DNA from: an uncultured bacterium
GTDB taxonomy: Bacteria > Gemmatimonadota > Gemmatimonadetes > Palauibacterales > Palauibacteraceae
DNA length: 55,143 nucleotides
Assembly (NCBI GenBank): GCA_965370685.1
Contig: CBDUVN010000001.1
Coordinates: 67,763-122,905 of the forward strand
Direction of reading: 5' to 3'
Part shown: in pieces, positions 1-9,098 of the stretch
Layout: each line of letters starts with the position of its first letter
Position numbering within the stretch: position 1 is the first letter of the stretch
Notes under the pieces: model-generated
The model's database searches: none
Told to the model about the DNA's origin: nothing
Seen by the model: only the letters and a program-made list of their open reading frames with translations
Translations under genes and position numbers: made by a program

Positions 1-17
1 AGCGCGGGCGCAAGGCT

Positions 18-770
18 TCAGTGGATGGAGCTCAGCAGCCGATCCCAGCGGATCTCAGTGATAAACGGAAACGGAACCATCCGATTTCGATCGTAGGAGT
101 AGTAGATGATCAACGGCCGTCCCTTGACCGCATCGGACGGCACGAATCCCCAGTACCGGGAGTCCTCGGAGTTGTCCCGATTGTCGCCCATTACGAAGAA
201 ACTGTCGGGCGACACGATGATCGGGCCCCAGTTGTCCCTCGTCGGCCGGTACTCCTGGGACCGCCGTTCATTCTCGACCTGCAGATGGGAACGCTGCCAG
301 TCGAACTGTGGACTCCGCGGATCCTCGAACGGCCGCTTGTGCACTGCGTATGGCTCGGGGACCGGTCCTCCGTTCCTGTACAGAGCTCCATCCACCATCT
401 GCAGAGTATCGCCCGGAAGACCGACGATCCTCTTTACATAGTTCGTGTTCTCGGCCTGACGGGCCCTCGGAGGCGGTTCGAACACCACGATGTCGCCGTG
501 CTCTGGCGGGTCTATCGCCGGAAGCCTGACACTCGTCCCTGGAATCTCAGCGCCGTACACCATCTTGTTGACGAGCAGAAAATCGCCTACGAGAAGCGTA
601 TTCTCCATCGATCCCGTCGGAATCTGGAACGCCTCGACTACGAATGTCCTGACGACGAGGAACAGCACGAACGCGACTGCGATCGACTTCGCCCATTCCC
701 AGGCCCAGCGCCCGAACGAACCCGGCTCCTCGACCTGTTTCTTGTCACGTTTCTTGTCCCTGGCCGCCAT
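18..770 (-). CDS. lepB: Signal peptidase I
   Basis: N-terminal TM, IPTGSMENTL (catalytic Ser), YVKRIVGLPGD (catalytic Lys), GDNRDNSEDSRYWG box; GGAG upstream of ATG. Confidence 0.97.
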   Translation of the reverse strand: MAARDKKRDKKQVEEPGSFGRWAWEWAKSIAVAFVLFLVVRTFVVEAFQIPTGSMENTLLVGDFLLVNKMVYGAEIPGTSVRLPAIDPPEHGDIVVFEPPPRARQAENTNYVKRIVGLPGDTLQMVDGALYRNGGPVPEPYAVHKRPFEDPRSPQFDWQRSHLQVENERRSQEYRPTRDNWGPIIVSPDSFFVMGDNRDNSEDSRYWGFVPSDAVKGRPLIIYYSYDRNRMVPFPFITEIRWDRLLSSIH

Positions 771-930
771 CGCTCCCCTTCTCGATTGTCTTCTTCGTTT
801 GACGGCCGGCTCACAAGAACCCGGCCCCGAATCCTGTCCATCCGGCTCAACGTCACTTCAACCCCATTGCCGGGGGTGACGTTCCGGACCTCCTGCCCCC
901 CCCTCCGCCGCGGCTCGCTCCAGCTCTGCG

Positions 931-1575
931 TCAGCCGCCTGCCGCGCCCATCCGAATCGTCACGGAGGCGTCCCCCAACGTAATCGCGGACACAGACCTG
1001 GACAGAGGTATGAGGATATCCGACCCACTGGCGTCCACACCCGGGATCTCCAGGCTCTGCAAAACGAACGGCACGACGAGGGACGGGATGACCAGCGTTC
1101 CCGCCTGCAGCGAGGTCACCGTCACCTGACCCATGCCCGATCGCCGCAATCCCGGAATGATCGTCGCCGCGACCCTGGCGGTGTCCGACAGGAACTGCTG
1201 CAGCATTTCCGGGGGCGCGAATTCCTCCAGTTCGTCGGGCCGAACCAGTGCGGAAAGAACGATCACCGTGTCCCGCACTTCGACGATTGGATCTTCAAGC
1301 CCTCGAGGAAGATACGGAGCTACGCGATACGTCAGCAGACTCTGGAGCTCGGCCTCCGTGAACGTGACTTCAGTATCGCTATCACTATCCGTGGAGAGGG
1401 AGATCAGCTTCTGCTCCGCGCGCCTGGCAAGGTCTTCGCTCGGCTCGGAGGATGACGCGACGACATCGATTCGCCCCAGCGCCCTCGAGATATCGTCTCG
1501 ATAATGCCAGGCGCCCAACACGGCGACGCCGATCAGCGTCAAGCACCCGATGCGGGCCAGGAAATTTCTGATCAC
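931..1575 (-). CDS. Hypothetical membrane-anchored protein
   Basis: ORF 931..1674; start moved to GTG 1575 (GGAGG upstream), followed by hydrophobic anchor IGCLTLIGVAVLGAW; soluble domain not recognised with confidence. Confidence 0.7.
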   Translation of the reverse strand: MIRNFLARIGCLTLIGVAVLGAWHYRDDISRALGRIDVVASSSEPSEDLARRAEQKLISLSTDSDSDTEVTFTEAELQSLLTYRVAPYLPRGLEDPIVEVRDTVIVLSALVRPDELEEFAPPEMLQQFLSDTARVAATIIPGLRRSGMGQVTVTSLQAGTLVIPSLVVPFVLQSLEIPGVDASGSDILIPLSRSVSAITLGDASVTIRMGAAGG

Positions 1576-1624
1576 TGCTGGTCTCGTCCTCCGCCGTGTG
1601 ACCTGGCCGGTCTCCCCGCACGAT

Positions 1625-2188
1625 TCAACTCGTTCCCAGCCTCGCCGCGTGAACCCGGTGATACTCCGGACCATCGGCTCGGAGCCGGCTCTCCATCAGA
1701 TCGATCTGACTGATCCCGATCTCTCTGTCGAGCCTCAGGGATCGAACCTGTTTCTCGAATTCGCGAAACTCGCCCGGCCCGGAGCTCCGGTCCACTCGAC
1801 CCAGGGTGACGTGCGGTCGGAAGGGCCTGGTTTCCCTCGTAACCCCGAATTCGGCCATCCGACGGTCCAGTGCGTCGTGCAGGAGGCGTAGCCGTGGCCC
1901 TGCCTCGATCCCCACCCAGATCACGCCCGGTCGCCTGGGTGACGGAAACGCGCCGACACCCTCGAACCGCAGCATGATCGGCTCCGAACCGATCGCGACC
2001 TCATCCATCGCCGAACTCACGTCGTCGATGCGGGCGCCGGGAATCTCGCCGAGAAACTTCAAGGTCAGGTGGACGCCAGATGGATCAACCCAGCGCGCCG
2101 GCACTCCCGATCGCTTCAGATCAGCGCCGATCGCCGCAATCGAGCGTCGGAGCGGCGCCGGGAAGTTCATCGCTATGAACAGCCGCAT
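1625..2188 (-). CDS. thpR: RNA 2',3'-cyclic phosphodiesterase (2H phosphoesterase)
   Basis: MRLFIA start and two HxT motifs (HLTLKFLG, PHVTLGR). Confidence 0.93.
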   Translation of the reverse strand: MRLFIAMNFPAPLRRSIAAIGADLKRSGVPARWVDPSGVHLTLKFLGEIPGARIDDVSSAMDEVAIGSEPIMLRFEGVGAFPSPRRPGVIWVGIEAGPRLRLLHDALDRRMAEFGVTRETRPFRPHVTLGRVDRSSGPGEFREFEKQVRSLRLDREIGISQIDLMESRLRADGPEYHRVHAARLGTS

Positions 2189-2373
2189 GCCTCATCCACC
2201 TTCCGGTCCTTTCAATGCGCCTGGACCGTCGCGTCACCCTGAACAAGCTTGCCGGGCCAGTCTGAAAACGGCAAGTGGATCTGCCTGTTCACCGATTACC
2301 CCGCCGCGTACGATAGGAGCCTGCGGGGATTCCACGGCCGCTTTCACCTGAACGCGAGACACGGCTGCGCGCG

Positions 2374-2865
2374 ATGAACGATTATCGGGTCACGGTAAGC
2401 AAGGACTACCTGGTCTTCGCCTCCGGTCACTTCATCACGTACGGTGAAGGAATGTGCGAGACCCTGCACGGCCACAACTACAGGGCCGGCGTAACGCTGT
2501 GGGGCGACCTGGACGAGCACGCACTCGTGTACGACTTCGTGACATTGAAGCGCGAGATGGTGTCGATCCTCGAGCCGCTGGACCACAGGATGCTGTTGCC
2601 GACGGCCAACCCGAACCTGTCGATCACGAACGTCGATGGAGAAATCGAGGTCCGGTCTGGATCCAGGCGCTACCTGTTTCCGGAACAGGATGTCACAGTT
2701 CTTCCGATCCCGAACACGACAGCGGAGATGATCGCGACATGGATCGTGGACCGGCTTCTCGAGCGACTGGCCGAGCGAGGCGCCGATGGGGTTCGCCAGA
2801 TCGAGGTGGAGGTCGAGGAGTCGTTCGGGCAATCCGCGTTCTGCCGACGAAGACTCGACCTCTGA
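2374..2865 (+). CDS. 6-pyruvoyl-tetrahydropterin synthase family (QueD/PTPS-III-like)
   Basis: FASGHF, CETLHGHNY, LDHRML, NTTAEMIA, EVEES motifs. Confidence 0.92.
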   Translation: MNDYRVTVSKDYLVFASGHFITYGEGMCETLHGHNYRAGVTLWGDLDEHALVYDFVTLKREMVSILEPLDHRMLLPTANPNLSITNVDGEIEVRSGSRRYLFPEQDVTVLPIPNTTAEMIATWIVDRLLERLAERGADGVRQIEVEVEESFGQSAFCRRRLDL

Positions 2866-2911
2866 ATTCCGGGCTACGATCCGAACTCCGCACGGGACGG
2901 GCAATTCCGCG

Positions 2912-4465
2912 ATGCTGATCTGTCGGCAGCTCGTCGATGCTCCAACCCCCGAGCAGGCGTTCGGCCGCGTGTCCGACCTTCCCTGGTGTACCTGGCTCGA
3001 CAGCTCTGATTCGCGACCGGACACGGGTCGGTGGTCCTTCCTCGCTGTCGATCCGTACGCCGTGCTCCTCGCACGGGATGGGCGTGCCTGGTGGGCGGAA
3101 CCGGAAGGGGTCCGGGAGACCGGAAACGGGGGACTTTCTGCACTGGAGAACGCGATCCGACAATCCGGAGTACCAACGGCGGAAGCGCTCGAGCCCGCAG
3201 CGGACGCGGAGCGCGGCTGTCCGATTCCATTCCGGGGTGGCGCGGCCGGATACCTGTCATACGAGATCGGATCCGAGATCGAGACCCTGCCGGGCCCCAG
3301 GAGCCGCGACCCGGGTCTTCCCGACCTCGAGCTCGGGTTTTTCGACGTAGTTGTCGGTTGGGACCACGTGGAGGGAACCTGCCACGTAGTGTCCACCGGA
3401 CTGCCGGACCGGGGCGATGGGACGCGGAGCCGTGCCTCCAGCAGGCTCGAGGAAGTTGTCGCCTGGATTCGTGGCGATATTCCGCCGGCGATGCCGCGCG
3501 GGGCGCTCGCGAGGCTGGCGTTCTCGCGGTCGCGATTGGAGTCCATCGAGTCCGCGGGCCGGGTCGATCCGGGCATGGCTCTCGTGGACGGCTCGCCGGC
3601 TCCGGTCGGACCTCATGAGTATCCGGTCGAGGGAGCGGACGGACTCCTCTCCGACTTCACTCACGCCGGCTACGTGGCGGCTGTCCGGGAGGGCATCGAG
3701 AGAATCCGGCAAGGCGACATATTTCAGGTCAACCTGTCTCAGCGGTTTACGGCCCCTGCACCGCCGGACCCCGTCACGTTCTACCGTGAGCTCCGACGGA
3801 GGTCGCCGGCTCCGTTCGGCGCCTTTTTCAGAGGCTCGAACTGCGTGATCGCCAGCGCCTCGCCGGAGAGGTTCGTGCAGATCGACCCGGAGGGCAGAGT
3901 CCAGTCCCGACCGATCAAGGGGACCCGACGACGTGGTGCTGACCGGGCTGAGGATCGAGAGCTCGCGGCCGCCCTCGTCTCGAGTGACAAGGACCGCGCT
4001 GAGAACCTGATGATCGCTGACCTCCTGCGAAATGACATCTCGCGCGTCAGCCGCGCCGGTACGGTGCGGGCGGCGGAGCTGTTCCGCCTCGAATCGTTCG
4101 CGAACGTGCATCACCTGGTGTCGATCATCGAGGGCCACCTCCGGCAGGGAGTCGGAGCTGTGGAAGTCATCCGGGCGATGTTCCCCTGCGGATCGGTCAC
4201 GGGGGCACCGAAGATCCGGGCGATGGAGATCATCGCCGAACTCGAACCGGTCGCGCGTGGTCCCTGTTACGGATCCGTCGGCTGGATCGGCCTCGACGGA
4301 CAGATGGACCTCAGCGTGGCGATCCGCACGGCCGTGATCACTCAAGATCGCACGGCATTCCACGCGGGTGGAGCCATCGTGTCCGACTCGAATCCGGAGG
4401 AGGAGTTCGCGGAGACCCTGGACAAGGCCCGGGCATTGGCCGCGACGCTGTCTTACGAGATCTGA
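2912..4465 (+). CDS. pabB: Aminodeoxychorismate synthase component I
   Basis: WLDS, GGAAGYLSYE, GDIFQVNLSQRF, SASPERF, PIKGTR (PabB-type Lys), AENLMIADLLRND, SVTGAPKIRAME; start moved to ATG 2912. Confidence 0.92.
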   Translation: MLICRQLVDAPTPEQAFGRVSDLPWCTWLDSSDSRPDTGRWSFLAVDPYAVLLARDGRAWWAEPEGVRETGNGGLSALENAIRQSGVPTAEALEPAADAERGCPIPFRGGAAGYLSYEIGSEIETLPGPRSRDPGLPDLELGFFDVVVGWDHVEGTCHVVSTGLPDRGDGTRSRASSRLEEVVAWIRGDIPPAMPRGALARLAFSRSRLESIESAGRVDPGMALVDGSPAPVGPHEYPVEGADGLLSDFTHAGYVAAVREGIERIRQGDIFQVNLSQRFTAPAPPDPVTFYRELRRRSPAPFGAFFRGSNCVIASASPERFVQIDPEGRVQSRPIKGTRRRGADRAEDRELAAALVSSDKDRAENLMIADLLRNDISRVSRAGTVRAAELFRLESFANVHHLVSIIEGHLRQGVGAVEVIRAMFPCGSVTGAPKIRAMEIIAELEPVARGPCYGSVGWIGLDGQMDLSVAIRTAVITQDRTAFHAGGAIVSDSNPEEEFAETLDKARALAATLSYEI

Positions 4466-4468
4466 AAC

Positions 4469-5113
4469 GTGATCCTGCTCATCGACAACTACGACTCCTT
4501 CGTGTACAACCTCGCACGCTACTTCGAGGAACTGGGCGAGGAAACGGTCGTGGAGCGCAACGATGCGATCGACCTTGAATCGGTTGTCGATCTCAGGCCC
4601 AGCCACATTGTCCTCTCCCCCGGGCCGTGTACTCCTCGAGAGGCAGGTATCTGCGTCGATCTCACGCGACTCGTCGCGGGGCGAATTCCGATTCTCGGCG
4701 TCTGCCTGGGACACCAGTGCCTGGGTGAGGCGTTCGGAGGTCGAGTGGTGCGGGGGAGACCGGTTCACGGCAAAGTAAGCGACATTCATCATGAAGGGAG
4801 CGATCTATTCTCCGGCCTGCCTGCGCCACTGGCGGTGACCCGATACCACTCGCTTGTCGTCGATCCGGACACCCTTCCTCCGGAACTCGTTCCGCTGGCC
4901 CGGACAACCGATGGAACCCTCATGGCTATGCGACATCGGTCGCTGCCCGCGTGGGGGGTCCAGTTCCACCCGGAAGCGGTACTCACGACGGCCGGCCATG
5001 CGCTCCTGGCGAATTTTCTCGCACTGGGGCGGGGAGAGGATCCTCGCGGGCTGGAGGCCCGACTCCCGGCCCACGAATCTTCTCCCCCCGGCGTATCTCC
5101 ACCGAGCGACTGA
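4469..5113 (+). CDS. pabA: Aminodeoxychorismate/anthranilate synthase component II (glutamine amidotransferase)
   Basis: IDNYDSF, SPGP, GVCLGHQ, RYHSL, QFHPE; directly after pabB. Confidence 0.93.
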   Translation: MILLIDNYDSFVYNLARYFEELGEETVVERNDAIDLESVVDLRPSHIVLSPGPCTPREAGICVDLTRLVAGRIPILGVCLGHQCLGEAFGGRVVRGRPVHGKVSDIHHEGSDLFSGLPAPLAVTRYHSLVVDPDTLPPELVPLARTTDGTLMAMRHRSLPAWGVQFHPEAVLTTAGHALLANFLALGRGEDPRGLEARLPAHESSPPGVSPPSD

Positions 5114-5144
5114 CAATTCCCCCGGGGAGTCATTCAGGCCGGGG

Positions 5145-6701
5145 TCAGGACCCGGGTTTTCTATACCCGCCGACCGGCCCCCGATAATGAATCGCCTCCG
5201 CGATGTGACCGGCGCGGACCTTCGTGCTGCACTCCAGATCTGCAACCGTGCGTGCCACGCGAAGAATCCGGTCACACCCTCTCGCGCTCAGCCCGAAGCG
5301 CCGGACGGAGCTCCCGAGCAGTGCCTCGCCTTCGGAATCCAGCCCGCACTGGCGTCGAATCTCCCGCGGGCCGAGATCTGCATTGCAGGTCAGGCGACCC
5401 GAATCCGACCCGCTCACGCCCGCTGACCGGCGCATCGCCCGGTTCCGTGCCTGCGCGACGCGCGCGCGGCGCTCGGCCGTCGTGCCACCGGGCGCAGGCT
5501 CCCCTCGCAACTCCGCCCAGCGCACGGCCGGGATCTCGAGTCGGAGATCGAATCGATCGAGCAACGGGCCGCTGATGCGCGACCCGTACCGACGGATCAT
5601 CCATTCATCGCATGTGCAGCGACCGGATGATGAGGTGAGATAGCCGCAGGGGCACGGATTCATCGCGGCGACCAGCTGAAACCGGGCGGGGAACGTCACG
5701 GCACCTCGGGCCCGGACGATGTTCACGACACCTTGCTCCAGAGGCGCGCGCAGGGCTTCCAGCACTGGCGCCCTGAATTCCGGGAGCTCGTCGAGAAACA
5801 GCACGCCCCGGTGAGCCAGCGACGCCTCGCCAGGTCTGGGGGTGGCCCCACCGCCCAGGAGCCCGGCTGCGCTCACGGAATGATGCGGCGCCCGAAACGG
5901 CCGTCGTCGAAGCAGCGGTGAGCCCGGTCCGAGACAGCCCGCGACGCTGTGCAGGGCCGAGACCTCGAGCGCCTCGTCCGGCAGGAGCGGGGGCAGCAGA
6001 CCGGGAAGTCGCATGGAAAGCATGGTCTTGCCCGAGCCCGGCTCGCCCGAGAGAAGCAGGTGGTGTCCGCCCGCGGCCGCGATCTCGAGGGCCCGTTTGG
6101 CTGCGTCCTGACCTCTCACGTCTTCCAGGTCAGGCGCGTCCAGGTCGTCGGAGCGAACCGGAGCACGTCCCGGGGGGAAAAGCTCGCCAGTGCCATCGAG
6201 GAATGCCAGGACCGCAGGGAGATCCCCGGCGCCGAGCGCAGTCACGTCAGGTACTCCGGCCACTTCCCCTACGTTCTCGCGCGGCAGGATCAGCGTGTCC
6301 AGATCGGGCTCGGTACGACATCGGAGGGCCATCGGGAGAATGCCCCGCACAGGGCGAATCGACCCGTCCAGCCCGAGTTCACCGACGAACGCCGTTCGTT
6401 CGAGCTGCTGCTCCGGAATCGCCCCGGTTCCGGCGAGCACGCCGATGAGGAGTGGGAGGTCGAATGACGCGCCTGTTTTCGGAACATCGGCAGGCGCGAG
6501 ATTCACGGTAATCCTCAGGCCCGGGATCCGCAGTCCGAGATTTGCCGCTGCAGCTCGAATGCGCTCGACGGTTTCACGGGCGGCCGACGGCGCGAGACCG
6601 CTCGTCCGGATGCCGGGCGTTCCGCGTCGGATCGTGATCTCGACGCGGATCCGGATCGGTTCTACACCGACGAGCGCGAATGTATGGACGACGCGAAACA
6701 C
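5145..6701 (-). CDS. comM: YifB/ComM Mg-chelatase-like AAA+ ATPase
   Basis: ITVNLAPAD, GELGLDG, Walker A GEPGSGKT, RAPHHS, LFLDELPEF, NPCPCG, SGPLLDRFD. Confidence 0.94.
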   Translation of the reverse strand: MFRVVHTFALVGVEPIRIRVEITIRRGTPGIRTSGLAPSAARETVERIRAAAANLGLRIPGLRITVNLAPADVPKTGASFDLPLLIGVLAGTGAIPEQQLERTAFVGELGLDGSIRPVRGILPMALRCRTEPDLDTLILPRENVGEVAGVPDVTALGAGDLPAVLAFLDGTGELFPPGRAPVRSDDLDAPDLEDVRGQDAAKRALEIAAAGGHHLLLSGEPGSGKTMLSMRLPGLLPPLLPDEALEVSALHSVAGCLGPGSPLLRRRPFRAPHHSVSAAGLLGGGATPRPGEASLAHRGVLFLDELPEFRAPVLEALRAPLEQGVVNIVRARGAVTFPARFQLVAAMNPCPCGYLTSSSGRCTCDEWMIRRYGSRISGPLLDRFDLRLEIPAVRWAELRGEPAPGGTTAERRARVAQARNRAMRRSAGVSGSDSGRLTCNADLGPREIRRQCGLDSEGEALLGSSVRRFGLSARGCDRILRVARTVADLECSTKVRAGHIAEAIHYRGPVGGYRKPGS

Positions 6702-6729
6702 ACGTCGTCATGCTCGTCGGGCTTCAACG

Positions 6730-7269
6730 TCATCTCAATCGAGGACCGGTCCCCGCCGCAGGGAACGGGTGCTCGGTTTCGGGGTCCGTGCTGTCCCGGA
6801 TCACAGCCCACAGGCCCGGATGTGTCCGGAACAGGTATCCGGCCATGAACAGACCCGCGATAACGTTCGCCAGCGCCACCGTGGTCCAGGACGGGACGAG
6901 GGGCCGATCCATGCTGAATCCGAGAAAACCGGACAGCGAATAGAAAAAGCCCGCCAGTCCGAGGAACAGCATGACGAAGAAGAAACCCGGATTCCGTTCG
7001 GCCCGTGAGACCAGCCACGCAGCGATCAGGCCGAACAACATGAACGAGAGCATGTGCACGCCGTTGAAGGCGATCACCGAACCGGCTACCGCTCCTCCGA
7101 CGATCGAGGCGTCGTGGGAAACGAGCCCGTCGCCCAGCGCAGCGGCGGTGTGGAACAACGACTGGCCTGTGAACAGGTGGAGGAATCCGAAGAAGAATGC
7201 GATAACCACATACCCGAGGAGCCCGGCGACGAGTCCCTCGGAGAGCACACGAGCACGCTCCGGAGTCAT
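6730..7269 (-). CDS. Hypothetical integral membrane protein (4-5 TM)
   Basis: Several hydrophobic segments; start moved to ATG 7269 (GGGAG upstream). Confidence 0.75.
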   Translation of the reverse strand: MTPERARVLSEGLVAGLLGYVVIAFFFGFLHLFTGQSLFHTAAALGDGLVSHDASIVGGAVAGSVIAFNGVHMLSFMLFGLIAAWLVSRAERNPGFFFVMLFLGLAGFFYSLSGFLGFSMDRPLVPSWTTVALANVIAGLFMAGYLFRTHPGLWAVIRDSTDPETEHPFPAAGTGPRLR

Positions 7270-7329
7270 TGGGACACTCCCTGGCCTTACTGGCCCAAGC
7301 TTGTGCAACCCGGTCCACCGGGCGGGGGG

Positions 7330-7510
7330 GCGTGACAACGCCGCGGCCCGGCTTGCACGTTATGTCACAAGATAGGACGTTCGTACCTATTGTGCAAGAA
7401 GGTACAAACTAGTGCCGAAAGGACGCTCGTACCATTCGATAAGGACACATAAATATACCCTCTAACGGAACATCCTGCTCTTGATCATATAGGGACAATA
7501 TCTCGCCTGA
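7330..7510. promoter_or_regulatory. AT-rich intergenic region with an imperfect hairpin and a direct repeat
   Basis: Visibly lower GC than flanks; hairpin about 7366-7394; AGGACG(T/C)TCGTACC at 7374 and 7420. Confidence 0.45.
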
Positions 7511-7548
7511 ACGAAGCTACAGTCCATTGCGCCCATTGGTGCAACACT

Positions 7549-8217
7549 TCAGAGAAACGTGGCGATATCGGCCAGAGAGTTCCTCGACAGCTCCGGAACG
7601 CGGACATCTGCCGCCGGAAAACCGGTGACGAGAAGCAGGAATGGCCGCTCTTCCTTCGGTCGTCCGAGTAGTTCGTTCAGGAATCCCATCGGACTCGGCG
7701 TGTGCGTCAGTGTCACCAGTCCCGCGCCATGCAGGGCGGCGATCAGGAATCCGGTCGCGATTCCCACGGACTCCTGCACGTAGTAGTGCTTCTCCCGCTC
7801 GCCGTCGGGTCCGCGACCAGAGCTGCGGGCAAAAATCGCGATCAGGCAAGGAGCGGTCTCGAGGAATGGTTTCCACTCGTTCGTCCCGAGAGGCGCGAGC
7901 GCATCGAGCCACTCGTCCGGGGCCCGGCCACCGTAAAACGCCCGTTCTTCTTCCTCGGCGGCAAGTCGGATCTTCCGCTTCAAGGCCGGGTCACGGACCG
8001 CCACGAAGTGCCACGGCTGCTTGTGCGCACCGCTCGGAGCCGTTCCTGCCGTACGCAGACAGTCCTCGATCACGCCGTCGGGAATCGGCCGATCGGCAAA
8101 CTGGCGCACGCTTCGACGACGGTTCATCTGCTCGAAGAACTCCCGCGCCCGGTGTCGCATGTCGTCCGGAGTCCGTTCCTGCCAGCCTTCCAGCCGCGTG
8201 AACCGTGGCTCGTCCAT
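7549..8217 (-). CDS. Nitroreductase superfamily, iodotyrosine deiodinase (IYD)-like
   Basis: [18 protein letters not shown], lid EEEERAFY...[34 protein letters not shown]. Confidence 0.88.
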   Translation of the reverse strand: MDEPRFTRLEGWQERTPDDMRHRAREFFEQMNRRRSVRQFADRPIPDGVIEDCLRTAGTAPSGAHKQPWHFVAVRDPALKRKIRLAAEEEERAFYGGRAPDEWLDALAPLGTNEWKPFLETAPCLIAIFARSSGRGPDGEREKHYYVQESVGIATGFLIAALHGAGLVTLTHTPSPMGFLNELLGRPKEERPFLLLVTGFPAADVRVPELSRNSLADIATFL

Positions 8218-8383
8218 CGCTTTTCACCCCTTCAATTGCTCATCTTCGCTTCCAGCTTCAATCGGGATTCCCGACACAATCCGGGAATGCCTGTGTGTTC
8301 GCCAGCCACCGGGTCGACGAGCAGTGCGTCGGATTCGGCTCGGGACGGTTCCCTGCTCCACGAAGAACGCTAGATTGGCCATC

Positions 8384-9094
8384 GTGGATTCCAACGTGAG
8401 TACAGCAGTGCACCTCGACCGACTCAGCTGGCCCGAGGCAGCGGAGTGGTTCCGGGGCGATCCCCGGCTCCTGCTCCCCGTCGGGAGTTGCATGCAGCAT
8501 GGACCGCATCTCCCACTGTCCACCGACACCGTAATCGTGGAGAGCCTCGCCCGGGATGTGGGAGCTCGCGCGGGCCTCCTTCTCGCCCCGACCCTGGCTT
8601 ACGGTGTCGCCTGCGAGAAGGATCAGGCGTATGCCGGCACGGCGTCCCTGGATCGCAAGACCCTCCACCGGGTGCTGAACGAGCTTGTGGACACATGGGG
8701 CAAGCAGGGGCTCGAAGAGATCATCCTCCTCACCACCAACGGCTTTGCACGTAACATCCAGGCCCTGGCGATGGTGATGGCAGACACGGTTCGCGTCAGG
8801 GCGATCGACACGCACGCCCTCGACCTGTCCGTTTTTCTTGTCCAGGGCAATGCTCCGGAGCGTGGCGGAGAACTCGAGACCTCGCTACTGCTCTACCTGG
8901 AGCCCGAGCTGGTCAGACAGGAGTGGATCCTGGATTCCGTATCGGACACCGCTGCAGCGGGCGACGTCGGCGCGTCTGCCCCGATGCCGGGGTCTCCGGG
9001 TGTCGTCGGACGCCCCTCCCTCGCCTCGGCCGAGAAGGGACAGAGGATCTATGAGCACATCGTGGAGACGATCGCTGCGCGGCTCACAACGTGA
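8384..9094 (+). CDS. Creatininase family protein with degenerate metal ligands
   Basis: LSWPE, LPVGSCMQHGPHLPLSTD, GGELETS, GVVGRP, ASAEKG; start GTG 8384 or 8396. Confidence 0.85.
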   Translation: MDSNVSTAVHLDRLSWPEAAEWFRGDPRLLLPVGSCMQHGPHLPLSTDTVIVESLARDVGARAGLLLAPTLAYGVACEKDQAYAGTASLDRKTLHRVLNELVDTWGKQGLEEIILLTTNGFARNIQALAMVMADTVRVRAIDTHALDLSVFLVQGNAPERGGELETSLLLYLEPELVRQEWILDSVSDTAAAGDVGASAPMPGSPGVVGRPSLASAEKGQRIYEHIVETIAARLTT

Positions 9095-9098
9095 CCCG

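Noticed and set aside
2189-2373. Possible THF, preQ1 or ZTP riboswitch before the PTPS-pab operon; inverted repeat CTTGCCG/CGGCAAG
   Set aside because: None of the conserved riboswitch core sequences could be matched; only one short stem
3460-3650. Apparent insertion in the middle of PabB
   Set aside because: Falls in the naturally variable inter-domain linker; no intein or mobile-element signature
7330-7510. AT-rich region as oriC or a degenerate CRISPR array
   Set aside because: No TTATCCACA-type DnaA boxes, no dnaA or cas genes, and only two 14-bp repeat copies
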